DNA of 64,000 nucleotides from an uncultured Planctomycetota bacterium (GTDB lineage Bacteria > Planctomycetota > Planctomycetia > Pirellulales > Lacipirellulaceae), in the NCBI GenBank assembly GCA_963719315.1, contig CAVRBU010000003.1, positions 160,001-224,000 on the forward strand, given 5' to 3'. Shown one piece after another: positions 57,633 to 64,000 of this stretch (positions are counted from its first letter, which is position 1; the number at the start of each line of letters is the position of its first letter). The position numbers and the translations under genes were made by a program. The notes beneath the pieces were generated by a model. The model searched no databases, had not been told where the DNA came from, and was given only the letters and a program-made list of their open reading frames with translations.

Positions 57633-58453
57633 TCACTCCGCCGCGATCGTGATCAGCTCCTCGCTTACCGCTTCGATCTGCTCGGCCGTGAGTCGCGGCA
57701 ACTCATCGGCGTAACCGACCAACAGCGCCAAATCGGCCAGCCGATTGATTTGCCGGGCCACGCCGTGGCCCAAATAGTGCAACGCCTCGACCGCCTCGGG
57801 CGTGAAGATTTCGCGCGCGGCGCCGGCCGCGGCGAGCCGATGACGCACGTACTCGGCCGTTTCTCCCACCGTGAACGAGCGCACAGGCGCCTTCACCGCG
57901 ACTCGTTCCTCCAAGCTGGGCAGCCGTCCGACGGCCGAAACGAGGTTCATTTGCCCGATCAAGACGAGCGTGAGCGCCGGCCCGCCCGCCACTTCGAAGT
58001 TCAACAACAATCGCAAGGTCTCTAAGGCTCCGCAGTCTTCCAGCAAATGCGCCTCATCGATGACGACCACTGCGTGCCGGCCTTGCTCCGCATTTTGTCG
58101 GAGCGTGGTTTCGAGCCGCCGCACGCTTTCCTCGATCGTATGCCGCGGCGGATCGGCCGCCGGCGCTCGGAGCTGCTCCGCCAGATACACGAGCAGATCG
58201 CGACTCGACATCTGCGGAAACACCACGTTCACCTGCGGCTGAAACGTCTCCGCCAACTCGTTGCGAAAAAGCTGCACGAGCATCGTCTTGCCGACGCCCG
58301 CCGGCCCGGCCAGCAGCACCGCGCCCGGCGGTTTTCCACCGCGTACCGTAGCTTCAACAGCGCCGCCTCGTGCGTCTCCGAGGGAAAAAACTTAGTCCGA
58401 TCGGCGCCGGGCTCAAATGGCTTCGACGCAAGTTGCCAATAGTCTATGTACAT
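57633..58453 (-). CDS. ExeA/GspA-like AAA ATPase (frameshift near 58325)
   Basis: MYIDYWQLASKPFE..HEAALLKLRYAVENRR; one G missing before AVLLAGPAGVGKT (Walker A); VVVIDEAH (Walker B), LETLRLLLN, GVARQINRL. Confidence 0.88.
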
Positions 58454-58513
58454 GGGCGGGAAGGGGCCAGAGTTCTGAGGTTGGAAGCGAGAACGCGAAA
58501 TCGGCAAGTTGGG

Positions 58514-59473
58514 TCAGGCCGCTTTAGGCTTGGGCACGCGATTCTCGATCACGCCCAGCAGCTCGCAGCCGCTGCGGCCAAGGTGTTCGGTGATCGTCGC
58601 CAGGTCGCGGGGGTCGGCCGGCTCGGGGCCCGCTATCGCGACCGTCGCATCGACGCCCAAGTTGCTGATCAGTTCGATCACGGTCGGCTGCGAGACGGGG
58701 TCAAAAAACGTACCCAGGTCCACAATCACCAGGTCGTACGCATGTCGCAGCACGCCGGCCGTTACGGCCGCCTGCAACCCGCCGACGAGCGGCTGAGGAT
58801 CCTTGACGGGCCGCTTGCCTAGCGCAAGCAAGTCGAGGCGGTCTTCCGTGGCGTGGATCACCGCGTCGGCCAGCGGCGCCGAATGTTTCAAGACTTCTTC
58901 CCACCCTGCGGTCGGCGCCGCTTCGAGCAGCGAGGCCAAACGCGGGCTACGAAAATTGCCGTCGGCCAAAATCACGCGTTGACCCTGGCCGGCCGCCCGC
59001 GACGCCAGGCACAATGCCGCCGTCGTCGCCCCGCCGCGGGGAAACATCCCCAGTACGCCGAGCAGCGAATTGCCGGCTTTGGCCCGCGCCAGCATGATGC
59101 GGATCACGTGGTCGAGTTGCGGCCCGCTTTGTTGGAGCAACACTCGGCACACCGCCGGCCACTCGAACGAGGCCACCGTCGTGCCGGGGCGAAGCACTTC
59201 CGTGCGGGCGTCGTCGCTCGTTTCGGGGCCTGCCTCTTCGATCGGCGAAGTGTGAGTGAGGAACGACGAGAGCGGCCGCCGTTCAGGCGCCGATTGCAAG
59301 CCGGCCCTGGTCGGTCCTCGTTGGGCCGACCGTGCTGCGGCTACCATCGCCGCCGCGTTCGCAACGCGAGCAGACGGCGTATTCTCCGCGGCAATAATTG
59401 GTTCAACACCGGCGTCTTGTTGCGCGGCGTCGTGCCGGTAGGCCTTGATGAAAGCCCGATTTGTTGTGGACAT
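58514..59473 (-). CDS. CpsD/CapB (BY-kinase/MinD-like) P-loop protein with a degenerate Walker A
   Basis: NRAFIKAY N-terminus; GMFPRGGATT, RVILADGNFRSP, YDLVIVDLG, LLGVIEN. Confidence 0.72.
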   Translation of the reverse strand: MSTTNRAFIKAYRHDAAQQDAGVEPIIAAENTPSARVANAAAMVAAARSAQRGPTRAGLQSAPERRPLSSFLTHTSPIEEAGPETSDDARTEVLRPGTTVASFEWPAVCRVLLQQSGPQLDHVIRIMLARAKAGNSLLGVLGMFPRGGATTAALCLASRAAGQGQRVILADGNFRSPRLASLLEAAPTAGWEEVLKHSAPLADAVIHATEDRLDLLALGKRPVKDPQPLVGGLQAAVTAGVLRHAYDLVIVDLGTFFDPVSQPTVIELISNLGVDATVAIAGPEPADPRDLATITEHLGRSGCELLGVIENRVPKPKAA

Positions 59474-59480
59474 GGCTGGC

Positions 59481-60449
59481 CTATCGGGGCGAGGGAGTGT
59501 CAATGGATGTGCCTGGCGCCTGGGCAACTGCCGGTGAGTTGGTCGTACAGTGGTTGCGATCGGTGTCACCCTCGCCCCCGTCCTGCGGCAACTCCGTCGT
59601 TTGCACCCGTGGCAGCGCGTTCCCGGCGGCGCCGAATAAAATCGGCGAACCGACGCCCAGCTCACTTGCCGAAATCGTATCCGGCACGATATCGCCGCGG
59701 AGTTTTGCGTAATCGTCGTTGTCGCGCACTCGTCCCACACGCGTGTTCGACTCCGGCGTGGTTCGGGCCGGACCGGCCGAACTCGGCGGGCTGCCCGCTC
59801 GGTCGGCCGTCTTCGCGGCCGGATTCACCGGTTCCTGGGCCGTCGTCGTGGGCGCCTCGGCTGGCCGTCTCGCGGGGGTGCCGAACAGTCCTGTGACTTG
59901 GGCCCATGTTCCAGCGGCCGTGAACAACGCGAATAAGGTTACAAATCGAATGAGCGGAGAAAGCGTATCGATCAACCGCGTTCTGGGAATCGCAAAGGGA
60001 TTCGACGCCGGCAAGACGGGCGACGCATGGCGTGGCGTCCGCATCCGCCGCTCCGCCGGTCGGCTTCGCTCAAACACGTGTGGCTGATGTGTCCGTGACG
60101 CATGCGGCGAGAATATCAATTCGGACTTCAGCGTCGGCGATTGCGGGTAGCGCTCGGCCTCCGCTCCCGGTGCTTGCCGATCCGCGGCTTGCGGCGGGTC
60201 GAACCGATAATCGACGCCGCCCGCGGCCAGTTTTTTCGTCGTACGCTGCAACTCGACTTCGGCCGAAACATCGGGCAAGCGAGCGAGCACCGGCTTGGCC
60301 GCCAATGCGGCTGGGCTCCGCTGCGAATCTGCCGCCGATTTGCGAGGTGATCTATCCACCGTGCGCCGCCATGTTTCGTTGAGAGGTGTAATGCCTAACG
60401 TCGCCCGACCCGCTAGCCCTTCTGTCGGAAGGGATCTGAACGGCTTCAC
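59481..60449 (-). CDS. Hypothetical Pro/Ala-rich single-TM protein (start uncertain)
   Basis: Fills the gap co-oriented with neighbours; one hydrophobic helix LIRFVTLFALFTAAG. Confidence 0.55.
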   Translation of the reverse strand: MKPFRSLPTEGLAGRATLGITPLNETWRRTVDRSPRKSAADSQRSPAALAAKPVLARLPDVSAEVELQRTTKKLAAGGVDYRFDPPQAADRQAPGAEAERYPQSPTLKSELIFSPHASRTHQPHVFERSRPAERRMRTPRHASPVLPASNPFAIPRTRLIDTLSPLIRFVTLFALFTAAGTWAQVTGLFGTPARRPAEAPTTTAQEPVNPAAKTADRAGSPPSSAGPARTTPESNTRVGRVRDNDDYAKLRGDIVPDTISASELGVGSPILFGAAGNALPRVQTTELPQDGGEGDTDRNHCTTNSPAVAQAPGTSIDTPSPR

Positions 60450-60619
60450 GAGCTTCCAAGGCAGGTTCAGGTCCCGCTCGGCAAGCAGAACCTACCTTTG
60501 GGCGAGGCCCGTCCCGGCCGCTACTAAGCCACTGTCTGTATCGGGAACAGATTGTGCCAGCCTTGAGGGTTGGCGCAATCGCGGGAAGAAAAGCACAGCG
60601 GCAAGGCTAGCAATGCCTG

Positions 60620-63600
60620 CTACCGTTGGGCGACTGCGGCCTTCTTCTCGCCGCGCCACTCGTTTGCCAGCCAGATGATGGCCGTGCCGTCGCGGCTCGA
60701 AGTGAGCACATTCAGGCCGTCCGGCGAAAAGCTCACGCTCGTCACTTCCTGGGTATGGCCAGGCAACGTCAGGATTTCCTTGCCCGTCTTCGAGTCCCAG
60801 AGCTTGGCCGTGTTGTCCTGGCTGCCGGTGACGACGCGGGTGCCATCGGGCGAGAAGGCCACCGACGTCACTGCCGCCGAGTGACCTTCAAGCGGGATCA
60901 ATTTGTCGCCCGTCATGGCGTCCCAGATGATGGCGGTCTTATCCTGGCTGCCGGTGATGATCCGCTTGCCGTCGGCCGAGAACTCGCCGCACAGCACGGC
61001 CCAATTGTGTCCCGTGAACGGCGCACTGATAGGGTTCCCTGTGGCCCGGTCCCAAATGCGGGCTGTTTTGTCGCCGCTCACCGTGAGAATCCGCGTGCCA
61101 TCTGGTGAAAACGAAGCGGACAAAATTCGCTCCGTATGTCCCTTGAACACGACGCCTGTCGCCTTGCCCGATTGCACGTCCCACAAGCGAGCGGTGCCGT
61201 CGTCGCTTGCCGTGAGCAGTTCCCGGCCGTCCGGAGAAAACTCAACCGAATTGATGTAGCCGGTGTGACCGCCGTCGAGTTTGTGGATCGCGCGGCCGGT
61301 GTCGATGTCCCAAATCTTGGCCGAGTGGTCCCAACTGCCGGTCGCGACCAGTTTGCCATCGGGTGATATGGCCGCCGACGCCACCGCGCCGTGCGGGCTG
61401 TAGCGAATGACGGGCCGGCGCGTGTCGATATCCCACATCTCAGCGTCGTTGCCGCCGATCGTGAGAATGTGGCGACCATCGGGCGCGAACATGGCGGCCC
61501 ATACTTCACCGCCCAACTTGTTGAAATCGAGAAACGACTTGGTCGCGTCGGCCTGGGCCGCATCGGCCGCCAGCCCGGTCGCAGCCGTCGAAACGTTCCA
61601 CAGTCGAACCGTCTTGTCTATGGAAGAGGCCAGCACCGCCGTGCTGCCATCCGGCGAAAACGCGGCCGAATTAAACGGCCGCCCCGGCGGCGACTTCACG
61701 GCCGCTAGCAGCTTCGCGTCCGCCAGCCGCCACAAACGAGCCAGGCCGTCGTCACAAGTCGTCAGCGCGAGCTTTCCGTCTGCCGATAAGTCGAGCGATG
61801 AGACCCACTCGGCGTGCTTGAGTACAAGTTCGCGCAATTCTTCACCACTCGATACTTCCCACTGACCACACGTACGATCGCCGCTCGACGTCACCAGTCT
61901 CTTGCCGTCCGGCGTGAACCGCATCCCCGAGATCGACCCGTTATGCCCCACCAACTCCTTGTCGAGCACCCACCGCGGTGAACCGCCTGGTGCGTTCGTT
62001 TCGATCCGCCACAGCCGCACGTGCCCTCGATTATCGCCACTCGCCAGCAACTCGCCGCTGGGCGAAAACATGAGAGCCGAAATCTCGGCCTCGTGACCTT
62101 GCAATGTGCCAAGCGCGGCGCCGGACTGAGCGCTCCAAAGCTTGATGTCGTTACCCGGGCTGCCCGTGGCCAGCCACTGGCCATTGGGCGAAACCGCGAG
62201 CGTGCCGATCCGGCCGGTCGGCGTCATCACGGCCGTTTGCGTGCCGGCCGTCAGATCCCAGATGCGAACCGAATTGTCGCCGGCCCCGGTCGCCAAGTGG
62301 CGGCCGTCCGGATAAAATACGACGCCCGAAACCAGGAACTCATGCCCTTCCTCGAACCGCCGCACCGGCTGGCCGGTGTTGGCGTCCCACAGGCTGGCCG
62401 TGCGATCCCGGCTGGCCGTTACGATCTTCTGACCGTCCGGTGAGAAGCGGGCTGAAAGCACGGCATCCTCATGACCCTCATGACGGGCAAAAACCGTGGC
62501 GTGCAGTACGAGCGTTTCCTGATAGCCTCGTACGTCCCACAGCCGCACGCTTTCATCGTCGCCGCCGGAGAGCACCAGTTTTCCATCCGGCGAAAAAGTG
62601 CATGAACGCACAATGCCGCCGTGGCCACGGAGCGCTTTGATCTCTTCGCCGGCCGCCACGTCCCACAATCGAATCGAGTTGTCTTCGCTGCCGCTCAAGA
62701 CGAGCTTTCCGTTTGGCGAAAAACCGACCGAGCGCACCGGCCCGTCGTGCCCCGCCAGGCGAATGTACTCCAGCTTCATGTCGGGCCGATGATGCAGCCG
62801 ATTGTCGATATCGATCGGCTCCACTTCGTCCGGATTCCAGACCATCACCATCTTGTCGTAACCACCCGTGGCAATCAGCTTGCCATCCGGCGAAAATCGC
62901 GCACTGTAGACGGCCCCGTCATGCCCCGTGAACTCGGTGATTTGCGTGTAGAGGGGTAACCCACTCGTGGGGCGGACAATCCCATCCGTCGCCGATGAGT
63001 CGTGACGGAACGGATCGTCTGTACTGCGCTGCCACACTATTGCCTTGCCGTCCTGTCCGGCTGTCACCACGCGATTGCCGTCCGGCGAAAATTCGGCCGA
63101 CCAGACCCACCAGCTATGCCCCCTAAGCGTCTGCAGCTCGGCTTCCGTAGCTATGTCCCACAGCCGGGCCGTGTTGTCGTACGAACCACTCAATAGCTGC
63201 TTGCCATCGGGCGAGAATCGCACGCTCAGCACGCCGTCGGTGTGGCCCTTCAGCGTTTTCAGCACGTCACCGTTGGCTGCATCCAAAATGTGAATCGTCT
63301 TGTCGCTGCTGCCGGTGGCGATTTGCCGGCCGTCGGGCGAATACGCCACCGCCAACACGTACTGACCCTGCGGCACTTCGTACCCTTGGCCCGTTTGCAC
63401 ATCGCGAACCGTGAGCTTGCCCTTCATGTCGCCAGAGGCGATCGACTTGCCGTCCGGAGAATAGGCCACCGCATCCACCGGTCCGCCCATTTTGTAGCTG
63501 GCGGCGTCCAGTTCGCACATGTGCGTCAGCCGGCCCCATTCCCAGTTCCGCAAGTCGGGCTGGCTCGCATCCAGCAATTGCTGGGCGCTATCGAACGCGT

Positions 63601-64000
63601 TTTCGTTAATCTTCGCGTTCGCAAGGCCGATCTGGGCGATGTACGCCTCGTATTCCTCGGCCTGTTTGGCCTCCTTCGCCTTTTGCTCCTCCTGTTGGGC
63701 GATCTTCGTCTGATCTTCGGCCACCTTCTTCTGTTCGACGGCAATGCCTTTTTGCTCTTCGGCCACCTTCTTCTGTTCGACGGCGATGCCGGTCTGCGTC
63801 TCGGCTACTTTTCGCTGTTCGTCGGCTTCTTGCTTTTTCAATTCGGCGACATGGCGCTGCTCCGCCTCATTTTCCTGAGCAATGATTGCCTTGTTGCGTT
63901 GGGCACGCACGCTGAAGAACGCTATCGTCACCGTGGTAGCGACCGTTGCCAGCAAAGCCGCCACCGCGAACTTCGCCATTCGCAACCGCCGTTGCCGCGC
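60620..64000 (-). CDS. Large membrane-anchored WD40-repeat protein (N-terminus outside window; often a Ser/Thr kinase fusion in planctomycetes)
   Basis: Frame is open to base 64000; TM helix, coiled coil, then roughly 20 GH..FSPDG..WD repeats. Confidence 0.93.
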   Translation of the reverse strand, partial: ARQRRLRMAKFAVAALLATVATTVTIAFFSVRAQRNKAIIAQENEAEQRHVAELKKQEADEQRKVAETQTGIAVEQKKVAEEQKGIAVEQKKVAEDQTKIAQQEEQKAKEAKQAEEYEAYIAQIGLANAKINENAFDSAQQLLDASQPDLRNWEWGRLTHMCELDAASYKMGGPVDAVAYSPDGKSIASGDMKGKLTVRDVQTGQGYEVPQGQYVLAVAYSPDGRQIATGSSDKTIHILDAANGDVLKTLKGHTDGVLSVRFSPDGKQLLSGSYDNTARLWDIATEAELQTLRGHSWWVWSAEFSPDGNRVVTAGQDGKAIVWQRSTDDPFRHDSSATDGIVRPTSGLPLYTQITEFTGHDGAVYSARFSPDGKLIATGGYDKMVMVWNPDEVEPIDIDNRLHHRPDMKLEYIRLAGHDGPVRSVGFSPNGKLVLSGSEDNSIRLWDVAAGEEIKALRGHGGIVRSCTFSPDGKLVLSGGDDESVRLWDVRGYQETLVLHATVFARHEGHEDAVLSARFSPDGQKIVTASRDRTASLWDANTGQPVRRFEEGHEFLVSGVVFYPDGRHLATGAGDNSVRIWDLTAGTQTAVMTPTGRIGTLAVSPNGQWLATGSPGNDIKLWSAQSGAALGTLQGHEAEISALMFSPSGELLASGDNRGHVRLWRIETNAPGGSPRWVLDKELVGHNGSISGMRFTPDGKRLVTSSGDRTCGQWEVSSGEELRELVLKHAEWVSSLDLSADGKLALTTCDDGLARLWRLADAKLLAAVKSPPGRPFNSAAFSPDGSTAVLASSIDKTVRLWNVSTAATGLAADAAQADATKSFLDFNKLGGEVWAAMFAPDGRHILTIGGNDAEMWDIDTRRPVIRYSPHGAVASAAISPDGKLVATGSWDHSAKIWDIDTGRAIHKLDGGHTGYINSVEFSPDGRELLTASDDGTARLWDVQSGKATGVVFKGHTERILSASFSPDGTRILTVSGDKTARIWDRATGNPISAPFTGHNWAVLCGEFSADGKRIITGSQDKTAIIWDAMTGDKLIPLEGHSAAVTSVAFSPDGTRVVTGSQDNTAKLWDSKTGKEILTLPGHTQEVTSVSFSPDGLNVLTSSRDGTAIIWLANEWRGEKKAAVAQR
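63714..63797 (-). repeat. 42-bp in-frame tandem duplication in the WD40 protein coiled coil
   Basis: Two near-identical copies encoding GIAVEQKKVAE. Confidence 0.8.

Overview
A 64-kb, GC-rich chromosomal segment of a planctomycete. DUF1549/DUF1553-DUF1501 and DUF3500 proteins and PEP-CTERM proteins with a GDYN..DAADY..WR dockerin-like tail point to Pirellulales, probably Lacipirellulaceae-like (inference). Most genes are housekeeping: trpBA, mutM, nnrE, nadD, priA, rnhA, recG, a futalosine-pathway menaquinone operon (menG-ubiX-mqnP-mqnE), comB, glyQS, a Rieske plus cytochrome b-c fusion, nrnA, ribF, nnrD and larB. These are mixed with planctomycete envelope and signalling genes. No rRNA, tRNA, CRISPR array, transposase or integrase was seen. 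About ten single-base frameshifts, including in ribF and ubiX, most likely reflect long-read assembly error. Most notable: (1) a three-gene SAM methyltransferase / InaA-type LPS kinase / LmtA lipid A phosphate methyltransferase cluster; (2) many small inverted-repeat elements at gene junctions, including nested inverted microsatellite cassettes, heptamer hairpins, GTAG-type REPs, a CTAG-bounded MITE and one palindrome inserted in frame into two unrelated enzymes; (3) AT-rich orphan genes inside the trp and mqn operons; (4) several probable leaderless genes; (5) an ExeA-like ATPase plus a degenerate tyrosine-kinase-like protein next to PEP-CTERM genes. Family assignments come from motif recognition and memory, not database searches.
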